Origin: Marsupella aquatica
Lineage: Eukaryota > Plantae > Marchantiophyta
Direction: 5' to 3'
Length of the DNA: 64,000 nucleotides
NCBI GenBank assembly: GCA_973895155.1
Contig: OZ316895.1
Span: 11,148,184-11,212,183 of the forward strand
Part shown: piece by piece, positions 12,233 through 24,196 of the stretch
Position numbering within the stretch: position 1 is the first letter of the stretch
Layout of the letters: each line of letters begins with the position of its first letter
Notes under the pieces: model-generated
Seen by the model: the letters and a program-made list of their open reading frames with translations, nothing else
Told to the model about the DNA's origin: nothing
The model's database searches: none
Position numbers and translations under genes: made by a program

Positions 12233-12487
12233 ACTTGGTCACCTTTCTCATTTTTGTCCAACATCATGTCATTATGAAGTTGTCATAAGGTCAAGTTGTC
12301 TCTTTCTTTAAGACGTAACGAAAAAATGTGGAATCTAGATAACAATAAAGTTATTGTAGTCTCACACCAATGGGGATTGCAATAAATTTATCACATGTTC
12401 TCTAAGAAATTAAATCAAATAGAGGAATACAAATTGCACAAACTTTATTGGATGTTTGTTGGAATCTTGAATCTAACAGAGGGTTTT

Positions 12488-12827
12488 CACTGTGACAGCA
12501 AATAGCAAACAGATTTACTGTTATGAGCAAAAATTTATTGTTACGAGCAAACTAGACAATCTTAAAATGTGTCATTAAAAGTCACAATTTTCAAAATAAT
12601 TTAAAACATGACAATTTTTTGCTAGTGTAAGGCGATACTATTACTAGCTCCGGGCGCTAGCCAAAAATTATCGACTCACAAAAAAAATTTAATATTTTTT
12701 CCCTAAAAAAATTCCAAAAAAAAAATTCCAAAAAAAAATTCCAAAAAGAATTCCAAAAATTTTACCACCCGTTTGCTGTTACGAGTAACTATTTGCTGTT
12801 TGCTGTTTGCTCTTTGCTGTCACGGTG
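12488..12827. mobile_element. 340-bp MITE with CAC...GTG termini
   Basis: 25-bp TIR CAC(T/C)GTGACAGCAAA(T/G)AGCAAACAG. Flanks GTTTT/GTTAT may be a degenerate 5-bp TSD. Confidence 0.75.
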
Positions 12828-12834
12828 GTTATAC

Positions 12835-13177
12835 CCAATCTAACAAAGGAATGCGAAATATGATAAATTTATCGCATGTTTGTTGGAATCCTGAATCCAA
12901 CAGAGAAATGTGAACTGCGATAAAATTATAACATGTTTGCTGCAATCTTGAATCTAATAGAGGAATGCAGACTGCGATAAATTTATTGCATGTTCGTTGG
13001 AATCCTAAATCCAACAGAGGAATGTAGATTGCAAGTAATTTATCGCATGTTTGCTGGAATCCTAAATCCAACAGAGGAATGTAGACTGCAATAAATTTAT
13101 TGCATGTTTTCTGGAATCCTAAATCCAAAAGAGGAATGCGGATTGCGATAAATTTATCGCATGTTCACTGGAATCCT
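12835..13177. repeat. Minisatellite, 57-bp unit, about 6 copies (further degenerate copies at 12380-12482)
   Basis: AATTTATCGCATGTTTGTTGGAATCCTAAATCCAACAGAGGAATG units, which give the 19-aa periodicity of ORF 12829..13128. Confidence 0.85.
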
Positions 13178-16100
13178 CTCACACTAACAATGAATGAATA
13201 GCAAACCTTACATTGATAATACTCAAACCGGAATGCAAGTTCCGATAAATTTATCAGGTTTTTGAGAGAAAGATTCAAATCTCTTTATAGGAATGTAAGA
13301 CTTGATAGGAGTTTGGTATTTTCTTTAAGATAGATGTTATTTGATCTGGCGGTCAAACTAAACTTTTATGGCCATCTCGCTCCTCCTTATATAGGGAATG
13401 CTCAGATAACCATGGTTGCTTTTTTCCACGAACCATGGTTAACTTTGCACTAACCCGGATCAGTGCGTGGTCGACCCTCAATTACGTGGTTGGGACCAAG
13501 TTACTCGCGGTTGGGACTTTGGGCAACTTTTTAAAGTTACAAATGTAAAGCCCAATGCACATATCGCTGCCTGCATTCTCGCAACAATGCAATGTCCAGA
13601 ACTGATGTTTTTTTATTTGGCACCCATTTTATCGGAGTTTGCATTGCCTTAGAAAAAAAACAGAATCGGGCTAAACAAGAAGTGTGTCACACTTCTCGGT
13701 CGGTCCAAAATCGTGTTCACAAGTGAAAAGATCCATTCTTAAATTTAGATCCCTCCCAAATAATATCACTTGCCCTGTCATGACAGCCTGCATATAGGGA
13801 CAAAAACAACAAAACATTGATCAGAATAAGCAAAGATAAAAGTGACAACACAATGTCAAGACACAACTCTCAAGGTTAATTTACCTTGTCCAAGGCAGTC
13901 ACATCTTCTTGGCGCACACGCAAATCTTCCTGCATTTCAACCTCTTCAAGCAAGATCTTCATTTGTTGATTATGTCTCATGACCTGTCCCATGAAATCTA
14001 TCCTATTGCTGTGCCTATACGGAATTTTCATGAGAGCAATATGAAAATGCTCATACATGTCTGTATCGTACTCCAATGGCAACCCACACCGCTTAATGCA
14101 ATCTTTCAAATGAATCATAAAATGAATCTTGACAGTATTGAAACTTGATTCTGCCAGACCATTGTCGTGCGCATACACATCGCTACACAACATACATCGC
14201 TTGTCACATACATCCAAACATAGTCACACTGCCACATCACAAACACAAGAGAATGGAATACAAGTGGAACTCATGTCCACACTTGTCCAAAACCCACAAT
14301 CGCCCCCCTAGCTGGGAGTAAGATCCCCTAACTCTAGCTAGCCATGAGTCCTACAAGGTTGATATATACCTTTTTAGGTATGAAGATCAGGAGGCCGGGT
14401 GCAAGTGAGCCCCATCGATCAGGGGTATTTACAAAAGACAGGAACCAGGAAACAATAACAGGAAACAGTTATTGTTACTAGGAGAATTGAAGGTAAAAAC
14501 CAAAAACATCGGACCAAAAAAAGGATTCCAAACAATCGAAATTAAAGCTCATTTGAGTCATTTTCATTAAAACTGTCTCATTCCAGAAGAAATATCCCGT
14601 CGGGTAGTCCGACCCAAATTTGCAATGATTACCATCGCCCAGTGCTGGTATCAATGAAGCGAATGGAAAGCTGGGAGGGTTTCATCGAAGAAGGAAAAAC
14701 TCAACGAAAATCTATGTAACCTCAATCGAGAAGACAATGAGCGGCTGAAAATGAGGCAATTCAAATCAACAGAGGCATGGTCATACAACAACAAAATCTG
14801 GATCTTGTTGCTAGCTTAAACCTCAAAATCCCGAAATCCATGTTTAATGCCATCGACAGGAAAACCAGACATTGGAGATTGAGCCGCCAAAATTCATTTA
14901 CTTAAAAAATGGGCGAAAACATGTCACTGAGATTACATGGGCGATGGAAATCAATGAGTATAAGTAGCGCCCGACGCTAGCTTAAAACTACAAATCCCGC
15001 CCTTCCATGTGTAACACCATGGAGAGGAAAATGGGTCGATCCAAAAAGAATTTCCTATCAAAATGGGCGAAAACATATTACCCAGATTACCAAATCCTAA
15101 CAAAACATTCAGTACTGAAGAACGGAGATGGAAAGCATCCAGCTTGAGCAGCGCTCAGCGCTAGCTTAAATATATCTGCCTAGGAACCTAATCGCCGTAG
15201 GGTTGCACTCCAAAATAACCTAAGCGACTGCGATTGGAACACCTTTTAGCTTTGTGATTGATAGTCATCATCGACTCCCGCCCTCGCCCGCTTGTAGTTT
15301 CTCTTGAATCCTAAACCCCTGAGCCGAATATAATTGGAAGAGGGAACTCGATGCTCAGCATGAGCTTGGCCAGGGACCGGAAAATTTGCATCAAGGAAGT
15401 CGACGCGCCCCAATCGCTCTTGCACCCGACATTCAATGGGCTGCTGACCATCAGCAGGAACGACTTGATGAAACGAGAACCGATCGTCAAATTTGCGTGG
15501 AGTCTGTTGGTCACCAGTCCACAAAATATTTCTCTCCCCAGGACTAATCGCCTCGTCATAAGGAAGAGAATTACGGTTCCAAAAAGTCAATGTCTCGGTC
15601 TCGGTGTCGACACAAACTGATTCGAAGGAGCTGAAGTGGCTCTCCACCGGTCGAACTCGGGAAGGACTGAAGAAGGCAAGCATCTCGTCCAACAACATTG
15701 GTTCTGTGGTGTGTCCCATGGCTCCCCAAACCCAAGAAACCCCCCTGTGCAGGTTGATTCCCGCAGGTTTCATCCTCGGCGAGGCCGTTTCCGCGGCTTA
15801 GCGGCATGGGACGCTGGTAACTTCCTTCTACTACTACTATTAACATTTTACATACATATACAAGACAGATCCTTCATCGGGTCATGAGATACGTAGCCGG
15901 CCTAATCTAGGCCTTCCCTAGTATACCCCTCCTTCTCTTTAGGTATATTTGGATTCCGCCGCCAGAATGATCCCCAATTGGCTTGGTTAAGCCGCTAAGA
16001 CCTCTCTCATCTTGACACATCCAACTCTCACTCCCTTGCTTACTTCCCTTCTCTCTGTTAGTTGATGTGGGCACTCTTCACACAAGTTGATGCGACACAC

Positions 16101-16625
16101 AAATAGCAAAATGACTCCTTCTGACTGAGTTATACCATGCACTTGCCATACAAATAGTACATCTCATACACAAGTTCTGCGAACTAAGCCGTGAGGCCAA
16201 CTCTATTCAGCTCTTAGGCATGAGGAAACATGAATATACACAAGGGTCACTATATAACTAACCGAGAGCTTCTCTTACTACTTGAACCCAGCCCTACTGG
16301 TGCAACTAAAAACTTGCTAAAGAAGAGGCCCTCGACTCCTCGCTGCCCAGGTACTTATCCTGGAAGTGGATCCGCCAATTCTTAGCAGCGTAAGCAAAAT
16401 CTATCCTACCTGTAATCCACCTAACTATAATCTACCTAAGTACAGCGAGGCAGAAGCACAAGTGTTGCTCCTACCAGTGGATCCGCAATCCCACTAATCT
16501 AAGTATCAGGGCCGTCTCCTGGTCCTGATCCTCAGCCTAAACTTGGAGATCCGAGCCCGCCCTGCCCACTCACGCCTCCTACCTCCACGTCCGCCCTTCC
16601 TAAAAGGAACGGCGCCCTTGCACCA

Positions 16626-17696
16626 TCACAACACCGGTGGTGGATCCTCAATGGACGCCCCCAACGCTTCCCCCGTAGCCACTGCCGTTGGTCCTTCCTC
16701 TGACAGATTACCTACCCCGGACCGAGTCAACTCTTCATTGGCCTGACTGGGTCCACCTTTGGCTTCGGCATCAGTATCGGCCACGGCTTCCCCGGCTATG
16801 GTTTCCTCGGCTGGCTCTAATGGTGGGTTTGCTACCACGGCTTCATCAATAGTTGTCCCGGCCTCGGCCTTGCCATCCCCACCTTCCTTGACAGGTGGAT
16901 CCATTGTCGTGACCATGCCAGAGGTTGGTGTTGGTTTTACCTCCTTGGTCACGACGGCTTGAGGAGCCGTAGTACTCCCTGACCCAGAAGGTTTCTGCTT
17001 CTTCTTCTTCTTTGGTTCGGCAGCTGGCCCCTTCCCCTTGCCACTTACCTCCGGCACCAGGGCGTGTGTCTCGGCTTCTCCTTCGGCCAGTACTACACCA
17101 GGTAACTTGGTTGCCCCAATTGGAGTTGGTCCTGAGGAAGCCAAGCACTTAAATACTGCGGCCTGTTTCTTCAGCCGCTCCATTTGGTTGTTGGCCCGCC
17201 GCTGTAAGTTCTCCATCTTCCGCGTGCTTTCCTCCAACTCCTCCTGCAATTCATCCAGGTCCTTCCTTGCCTCCTTCAGCTCCTTCTGGGCTTCTTCCAA
17301 CTCTTTCTGGGCTTCCTCCAACTCTTTCTTTAAGGTAGCCCTCTCCTCCTGGGTTGCTCTCAGCTCCTTGTCGAGCTCCGCCATGACCTCAGACTCCATT
17401 TTATTCATCTTGGCATAAGTCTGGTCGAGCTGGTCGTCTTTCTCGCGGAGGTCGGCCTTGAAGCTGGCCGTCATGGATGCAAGCTCTTGCCGCAGCACGA
17501 TAATCGCCTGATAGGATTTCCCTAACTCGGCCTCCTTCTGCTCAAGGGCTCCGCGGATATCTTCGAGTTCCCCCTTCAACGCCCTCTCCCTTCTTTGAGT
17601 CTCCGCCATGGCCCGGTTATTGGCTGCTATGTGGGCCTCCTCTGCGTCTCTCAGCTCTTGCTTCCACTTCTCCCTTTCTTTGACCGCCTCGGCCAA
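16626..17696 (-). CDS. Coiled-coil protein with low-complexity tail (C-terminal part of the TG...CA unit ORF)
   Basis: Heptad repeats KELEEAQKELEEAQKELKEARK, a poly-K stretch and an A/E/P/G-rich tail. The tail is conserved in the second copy (63688..63972). Confidence 0.55.
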   Translation of the reverse strand: MAEAVKEREKWKQELRDAEEAHIAANNRAMAETQRRERALKGELEDIRGALEQKEAELGKSYQAIIVLRQELASMTASFKADLREKDDQLDQTYAKMNKMESEVMAELDKELRATQEERATLKKELEEAQKELEEAQKELKEARKDLDELQEELEESTRKMENLQRRANNQMERLKKQAAVFKCLASSGPTPIGATKLPGVVLAEGEAETHALVPEVSGKGKGPAAEPKKKKKQKPSGSGSTTAPQAVVTKEVKPTPTSGMVTTMDPPVKEGGDGKAEAGTTIDEAVVANPPLEPAEETIAGEAVADTDAEAKGGPSQANEELTRSGVGNLSEEGPTAVATGEALGASIEDPPPVL

Positions 17697-17744
17697 CTCT
17701 CCTTGGGTCTGAGTCAGTTTATCCTTGATAATCTGATTATCAGA

Positions 17745-18287
17745 CTACGCGGTATCCAACTGCCCCTGCATGATGTTTAGCTCATGCCGTTTAATCCGTA
17801 GCTCATCTTGGGCTTTCTTGGCCGCCTTTAGGTCTTCCACCTTGGCTTCCATCTCCCTAAGCCGTCGGATGACCTTGTCCTTCTTGCTTCTCTCCAAAGC
17901 CACTGCTTCTTCTAATTGGTTCTTCTCCAATATCTCCCTCTGGAAAAAGGGTCCCTGCTCCAACTCCTCCCCAAAGATGCTGAGCGCAAGTTCCCCACAC
18001 ATCTCCCCGTACTCCATGGCTCTATCTTTAGCATAGGTGGAGTAAGAAGAAGTCATCGGCATCAACCACCTCGGCCTCTGTTCCCAAGCCGCCTTGCGGA
18101 TTTCTTCTATGGTGGCAAGAGGGTTGCTTCTTTTTTCGGCAAGCCGCCTGATGTCCTCCGGCCAATCTCTTTCTCTCTGAGTCGCTCCTAAAACTCCTGT
18201 GCCGTCTGCTTTATGCCGTCGAAGCTCGGGGGAGCAATATCTGGTGGGGAAGACTCGGGGCTGCTCTGCTGGGTTGGGTCCCCTCAA
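17745..18287 (-). pseudogene. Middle segment of the same disrupted coiled-coil ORF
   Basis: Same strand, charged helical composition running into 16626..17696. Confidence 0.45.
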
Positions 18288-18650
18288 ACTACTCTTGGAA
18301 GAGTGGGAATGAACCTGCCACAGGTCCTTATTCCTGGAACATGATGGTCCAACCCGTAGCCGGAGTCATCATTGTCGTAGCCTTCTACCGCCTCCTCCCC
18401 GGCTTGGGCTAGCGGCTCCCCCCGCTGGTGTCCTGGTCCTGCCGTGAACACAACCCCACAGATCACGGGTTCTGGTTCCTCCGACTTCCACGTTGATCTC
18501 ATCTTTTCCCTGTCGTGACCAGGGACCTCGGGCTGCTTCTCCTCGGCTTCGGGACTTGAAGCTCCTACATACATTCGGACTCCCGGCTCGTGTTCCGGCC
18601 TCCTTCTCTCCTTGGCCCCGATAAAGGGGTTTTCCCTGGTAAGTTGGCAG

Positions 18651-19257
18651 GAACCACTTTCAGGACTCAAAAACATGATTTTTTAGTGAAAAATGACTTT
18701 CGTAACATGGAAAAAGGTTCATCATGATTTTATCTCAAGACATTTAAGTCTAATTTTTTCACAAGACTATTTTACATGGTGTAACCTACCTCACCATGTA
18801 GATACATCAAGTTTTCAACTGTTTTGAGGGATCCTGTTATTGATGGCCCTAAATAAGCCAAAATTACTGATTATTTTTGTCTTGTACATAAAGATTTAGT
18901 GTGTGTCACTATTTAAGTTTTGAAATATAAGATTATGCTATTAGTATGCATGCTTTGGTAAAATTTCATTGTCTAAAATGCATTTTTTAGAGTCCTTTTG
19001 AGTCCTGAAATGATGTGACCCGTTGCGTGACAAGTCCTTTTATCAATCTTTGAAAGACATATAAGGAAAGCTTCAAAGTCTCAAATGCTAGATAGTTTAA
19101 TGAATGTTACCAACCTATAGGATGTTTATGAAGTATAGTACATCAAATTTTCTATATCATCTCATTACACCCTAAAAATGATATCCTAAAGCATAATAAA
19201 CTATGGTCACTTTTGAGTGTGACGTTCCTTTTGGGTCCTCCAATTGTGAATGAGGCC
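18651..19257. mobile_element. MITE (GGCCTCATTCACAATTGG family), left end deleted
   Basis: Near-identical to 39015-39621. The right TIR CCAATTGTGAATGAGGCC is present and the left TIR is absent. Confidence 0.88.
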
Positions 19258-19472
19258 ATCGGCAAGTCCTCCTTCCTCGGCCTAAACACCTGCTCGATTG
19301 TAGGATTGTCGGGCTAGGTCAGTTTCTCTGTTGCCGGCCTTGGTTCCGGAACCTCCTCTGGTGCTCTCACCTGTAGGGGCAGTACTGGGGTGAATATCTG
19401 GCTTTGGGCATACCGGCACAACAGCGGCATGTGATAACCAAGCCGGGACACGCTTCCCATGCCAATCACCAG

Positions 19473-20363
19473 CTATTCCTCCTTTAAGATCTTCCTCAGT
19501 TGGTTGAGGAGGTACCCGTTGTAGTCCCGGCTTGGGTCTGGCCTCTCTGCCAGGTAGACCTGTGCCTTGCCGATCTCTGCCCTCGGCAAGTTGCAATGCA
19601 TGGTCACCCGCAAGAAATTGATCATCTCTCCGATGTGCGGGTTGGTGCAGGTGTTCCGGAAGAAGCCATTCTTCGTTGATGGCCCTGGAAACAACCGGAA
19701 TTCCTTGTCTGGCAAGGTCTTCCTGGTATCAACTTTGGTCTTATTGCCCATCGGCAAGCCAAACACTTCGGCAATCACCCGAGGAGTGAGATAAAAATCC
19801 TTCCCATACACCCTTGTGGAATTGGTCTCGGGCTCCCATGATCCCAAAAATTCTAATAAGTCTGAATCCGGCACCTCCGGCTTCAGCCATGGTAATTTTA
19901 CGAAGGCTTCCAAGCCGGATCCGTCCATGAAGCCCTGGTACTTCTTGGTCTGCATGGCCGTAAAGCATGCATCCTCCTCCCGTGCAAAATGCAGTTGCAC
20001 CTCTTCTGGTAGGGTCGCCGCCCAGCCTTTCCAGGTGTCATCCTTTGTTGGAGTGGCATTGATGGGATCGACCTCCTCCTCTTCGGCTTCCGCCTGCCTC
20101 CTGCTTCCCTGCTTTGCTGGCTTCCTTGGTGCCGCCAACCTCGTTCTTTTTGCCGGGGTGGCCTCTTCGTTGTTGTTTCCTTTCCTCTTCATCTCGGCTA
20201 CCGTGGATGTTTCTCCTAGCACGGTTGCCTTTGTCCACCCCTCCGTGCTACCCTTCAACTCCCAGTGTATGTCGTTGCAGCGGTTGATGGCTTCTCGAAT
20301 GCCGACGATCTTGTTTTTGCAAAACAGAAGGTCGTCAAGCTGATTGGCAATAGGAGTCCACAA
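19473..20363 (-). CDS. Plant retroelement-associated protein (plant mobile domain / putative plant transposon protein-like)
   Basis: GLEAFVKLPW...LLEFLGSW...RVYGKDFYLTPRVIAEVFGLP resembles PMD/gypsy accessory-ORF motifs, with a basic NLS-like stretch upstream. Confidence 0.5.
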   Translation of the reverse strand: MWTPIANQLDDLLFCKNKIVGIREAINRCNDIHWELKGSTEGWTKATVLGETSTVAEMKRKGNNNEEATPAKRTRLAAPRKPAKQGSRRQAEAEEEEVDPINATPTKDDTWKGWAATLPEEVQLHFAREEDACFTAMQTKKYQGFMDGSGLEAFVKLPWLKPEVPDSDLLEFLGSWEPETNSTRVYGKDFYLTPRVIAEVFGLPMGNKTKVDTRKTLPDKEFRLFPGPSTKNGFFRNTCTNPHIGEMINFLRVTMHCNLPRAEIGKAQVYLAERPDPSRDYNGYLLNQLRKILKEE

Positions 20364-20922
20364 GAACTTGGCCTTGATGAATTCTCCTCCTAAGAAGGCA
20401 GATTTTTGCAGCTCCCACAGTCGAGCGAGCTCCTACCGTTCTCGAGCTGCTCTCTTCGATTCTTCATCCTCGTAAGTCCCAATGTACTCAGTTGCCCGTT
20501 CGAACAAGCATCCCCAAAAATGTGTTGCTTGATTGACGTTGCTCATACCCTCCTTGAGTCATTCATTGGTATTTGCTCCCGCCCAGAGTGTTTGTCTAAG
20601 CAGCTGACAATCGTTGGCCTCCCGTAGTTGTCTGCCCAGTTCGTGCTTGCAAATGAGCCACCATTCCTCACGAGCTGTCCTTACCCCTCTCCTCTTCTGG
20701 TCTTTCCTACCGTTGGTTACCCCTAGTCGCCGACACTTAGTGCGCCCTAACCCTAATCATATTCTCTCCCCCGACGTCCTTACTTCCAGCCTCGGCCCGA
20801 GTTCCATAGTCACCCTTAATTGTTTATATTTTCCTCATTCTTGTAACTATACTAAGGTGTTTCTAGGGTACACTTCCGTTTTCCCACTTAACCGGCCTAG
20901 TGATTCGTGGTTAGGCATCACA

Positions 20923-21591
20923 GAAATGATATGGTTCTGCCCAAACAAAACATGCTACAAGAGCCGCCCGCGTCGTGGTGTTGAACGCCTTCCTCTTGTG
21001 CCGGATATCTTGCCAGTTGTGAAAGGGACCAACCTCACACCTGCCAAGGTAGAGTTCCTTGAAGCACAGGGAGTCTCGATTGTCCAAACAGCTGCAAAGT
21101 CTCGCGCTGCACCTATTCCATTCAACTTGAGAATTAATGTAAATGCATTTCCTGAAAGAATCAATTTTTCCGACCCCAACGTACGCCTTTGGACCAGGAA
21201 TGGGAGAAACTCCAGACCTCGATCAAATCTAACACTGGCTCACAGTACACGAATGGAGTTGGCTCGGAAAGAAGCTATGACTCTGGATGGCGAGTGGGAT
21301 GTGGGTATTGGAATTGCATTTGGGAAGCAATTCAAAATCCGGACCCACAAGAACCTTCGATCCCCAAACACTTACTTTGTCCAAATTTGCGTCTTCCCAA
21401 CCTGTTCCTGTGAGGATTTCTTCCGTCGTCATTCTCGCGGCAAGCCATATATGCCTTGTAAACATTTGTATTGGGTGTCTATAAATGTCTTCAAGTTTCA
21501 TGTAGAGGAGTCTATCCTGTGTAGCCAGCCCATTTTCACAGTTGCGGAAGTCAGACTCGTGTTGGATAGGCAGAATGCGAATGGTTTGTAG
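20923..21591 (+). CDS. SWIM zinc-finger protein fragment
   Basis: YFVQICVFPTCSCEDF...MPCKHLYWV fits the CxCx(n)CxH SWIM signature. The part of ORF 20614 upstream of 20923 belongs to the inserted TG...CA unit. Confidence 0.75.
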   Translation, partial: EMIWFCPNKTCYKSRPRRGVERLPLVPDILPVVKGTNLTPAKVEFLEAQGVSIVQTAAKSRAAPIPFNLRINVNAFPERINFSDPNVRLWTRNGRNSRPRSNLTLAHSTRMELARKEAMTLDGEWDVGIGIAFGKQFKIRTHKNLRSPNTYFVQICVFPTCSCEDFFRRHSRGKPYMPCKHLYWVSINVFKFHVEESILCSQPIFTVAEVRLVLDRQNANGL

Positions 21592-22360
21592 AGTAACACG
21601 ATATTCTAGAGACTGTCGTTTTTCATAACGGATACTATGGTTTTTGTCTGTAGTCAACGGATATTACACTTGTTTTTTCTTTCTTTTGGTTAGCGCCTGG
21701 CGCTGGTTCCAGAACATTAATATTGTTAAATTTTGAATTTTATCTATTTATATTCATGTCGTTGTCCCTTAACTTAAACTTTTATCCCTGTTAAAGCTTT
21801 GTTAGCGCCTGGCGCTAGTTTTCACACTCTGTCCAGCTCCAATATTGCAAATTCCAGAACCCTTCTTCGCCGATCGGTTGTTTAAGCCTATAACTGGATT
21901 TAGGGTGGGTCCCACCATAAATTACTCCATCCCTGCATGGATTTTATTTTTCCTTCTCGTAGGCCGAACTGCGCTTTCTGAATTGGACTGTTCTGAAATG
22001 ATGTTGTATCTAAATAGCAGGGATATTCAATGACGACATTATTCACGTAGAACAAATGGACACTCGGTTTGGAACCTCTCTTTGCAGCTGTGACCACACC
22101 CTTGGCTTCTATCTGACCGCGTCACATTTGCCACTAACAAGACATTCAACATGATGATGCATGTGGTGGAAAATGACGTTAATTTTTGGCAAACTTAGCC
22201 AAAAAGTACACTTTTACCATAAGACTTTCCTGTTACCAATTAAGAGTTACTTGATAACAGGAATTCTGTTACCTGTTTCCTGTCACCGCTATTATACCCC
22301 ATCGATCACCTACCTGCAATCCATATCTGCCAAGAGAACACAAATGATAACTAGTCGGCT

Positions 22361-22681
22361 TCACCGACACTGAGGACACAACCATGATCCACTAGGAATC
22401 ACCTGCAATGGTGGTGTCAAACATGACATGCGCCATCCTCTAGAACACTTATCACAAATCAACATAGTAGCTGCTCCCTGAGCAGATTCACACAACATAC
22501 ATTTCAAGCCAGCACAAACATGTGCCAAGTTTGGATCTACTATATCATCAATGTTGGGAAGGTGACATGGTGCACAGTTGCGCACACGATCCTTCCAAAC
22601 CATACCATCGCATCCCTCCAACATCAGGACACCAGAAGGCAACACTTCACGCACACGTAAGATTGTCCAGCCTACAGTCAC
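22361..22681 (-). pseudogene. Integrase C-terminus with PHD finger
   Basis: CMLC...MLICDKCSRGWRMSCLTPPLQVIPSGSWLCPQC is a C4HC3 PHD with the His replaced by Arg in this copy. Confidence 0.88.
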
Positions 22682-22735
22682 ATCAAGTGTCGTGGGTGCT
22701 GTCTACTGCAAATAAACATAATCACCAGGATGAAA

Positions 22736-24172
22736 TCATCGAATGTTTGCACGGTAACCTCCTCCACGAATAGTGGCATACCTCAAAGTATCACGATGTT
22801 GGGCAATGGCAAGGTTGTCAAAAGCCATGGGCATCACTCTCTGAAATACCTGTGCCCTCTCTGAACACACCTTGACCCAAACATCAGGATCATTCACAAC
22901 TGGTGCAGCATCACGACGAATAGATGCTGGCAAATCTAGCTCTCTACCATAGAGCAAAAAATAAGGTGAGAAGGATGCAAGTGATGCTTGCCGACTGAAA
23001 CGGTAGCCCATAGCTAACCAAGGTAGCTAGAGATCCCAATCTCCCAAATGACCAACCTGCAAGCTATACTTACACAATCCTCTCTTCACAGTTTGCACAA
23101 CTCTCTCAGCTAATCCATCTGCCTCTGGATGATCACGAGAGGTAGTACGATGATCAATCAGAGCTTGTTCACACAAACTCTCAAACTCTCCACGGAACTC
23201 AGTTCCCTGATCAGTCAACACCTCAGCTGGTGCTCCAAAATGACTGAGTACACGATCCAAAAATGTAGCAGCAACTCCTCCACTAGCTTTATTGGGCAAC
23301 GCCACTAGCTCAATCCACTTGGAGAAGTGCTCCACCATGACCAAAACATACCGATTATGACGTTGGGTAAGAGGTAATGGACCAGCAAAATCCAAACTCC
23401 AACGATATCCCAAACCCATGATCGGCAACGGGTGCAACTGGGGAGTGGGAGCATTAAATGATGCTCTCACTCTATCACATACCACACACTTAGCTACCAA
23501 CTACTGGACATGAGTGTGCATACCATGCCACCAATACTGTGTCTGTAGCAAGCTATAAGTGCGCTTCACACCAAAGTGCCCCAACTCCTCGTGTGCATGT
23601 CGCACCAAATGTACTCGTTGTGATGGTTTTGGTACCACCAACACACTACCATCATGCAGTACTCTCAAAAGATGGTTTCCCTCCCATCGAAACCTCTTGG
23701 CTCTCTGTAGAACCCTGTCACGTTCTTTGGCATCAACACTGCCAACAATAGAACCACTACGCAGATATTCCAATACTCTCACATCATTGTGAATATCTTG
23801 TTGTCCAAAAGTTACCTCGCCAACATCCACATGTGAAGACTCCTCATCCACTCCATCCAATGAGGTAGAGTCCACAGATCCACTGTATGTTGGCACCCAA
23901 CAAAGAAAGGCAGATGCATGCCATCCTGGCACCATCTCCTTATCTGATTCATCATGCCATCTGGCTCCAATCTTATCCTGCTGACTGGTACATGGATTGC
24001 GGCTTAATCCATCTGCATCCAAGTTCACTTTTCCACGCCTATGCACCACCTGGAAATCATACTCCTGTAACAACAATGCCCATCGTGCAAGCTTCCCTGT
24101 AAGCTTGTCAGACTCCATTAACCACTTAAGAGGCTGATGATCAGTGATCAAGGTGAAGGGGTTACCAAACAA
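22736..24172 (-). pseudogene. Gypsy RNase H end and integrase (HHCC + DDE)
   Basis: ITDHQPLKWL...KLARWALLLQEYDF, HEELGHFG...CVVC, SLDFAGP, TDQGTEF, GLAERVVQ, SPYFLLYGR. In-frame stops are present. Confidence 0.93.
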
Positions 24173-24196
24173 GTAGCAACAAAAGTGTGCAACAGC

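Larger units (their letters stand above)
10571..13720. mobile_element. Non-coding 3.15-kb insertion with imperfect TIRs inside the Plavaka exon
   Basis: Ends GAGAAC...CGAGAAGTGTG and GTGAAC...CGAGAAGTGTG (reverse complement), flanked by AAAT/AAGT. The minus-strand reading frame stays open across the reconstructed junction. Confidence 0.55.
9931..14162 (-). pseudogene. C-terminal half of a Plavaka-type transposase gene (intron-containing, interrupted)
   Basis: SSFNTVKIHFMIHLKDCIKRCG...DTDMYEHFHIALMKIPYRHSNR, then a GT-AG intron near 13790-13883, then RACRSFHGRPWYGFV...GQLRLLF and YMVIDVANIARVVHVVPNF. These match the recalled Plavaka C-terminal pattern. Confidence 0.7.
15705..20922 (-). mobile_element. 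Repeated protein-coding unit bounded by TG...CA (possible very large solo LTR or non-autonomous retroelement)
   Basis: TGTGGTG...CATCACA ends. 15705-16980 is repeated at 62767-64000 from exactly the same first base. No TSD seen. Confidence 0.65.
14422..22300. mobile_element. TIR DNA transposon derivative with SWIM zinc finger and 8-bp TSD (Zisupton/KDZ- or MULE-like), inserted downstream of gypsy pol
   Basis: Ends GGGGTAT...GACAGGAA(C/A)CAGG on both strands, TSD ATCGATCA (14414-14421, 22301-22308). A short relative lies at 54331-54802. Confidence 0.75.

Noticed and set aside
12829-13128. ORF with 19-aa repeats
   Set aside because: It is a by-product of the 57-bp minisatellite, with no coding evidence.
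15246-15704. Minus-strand ORF within the SWIM element
   Set aside because: Possibly a real cargo fragment, but no motif could be recognised, and its 5' end is supplied by the adjacent insertion.
20614-20922. N-terminal extension of the SWIM ORF
   Set aside because: It comes from the antisense strand of the inserted TG...CA unit.
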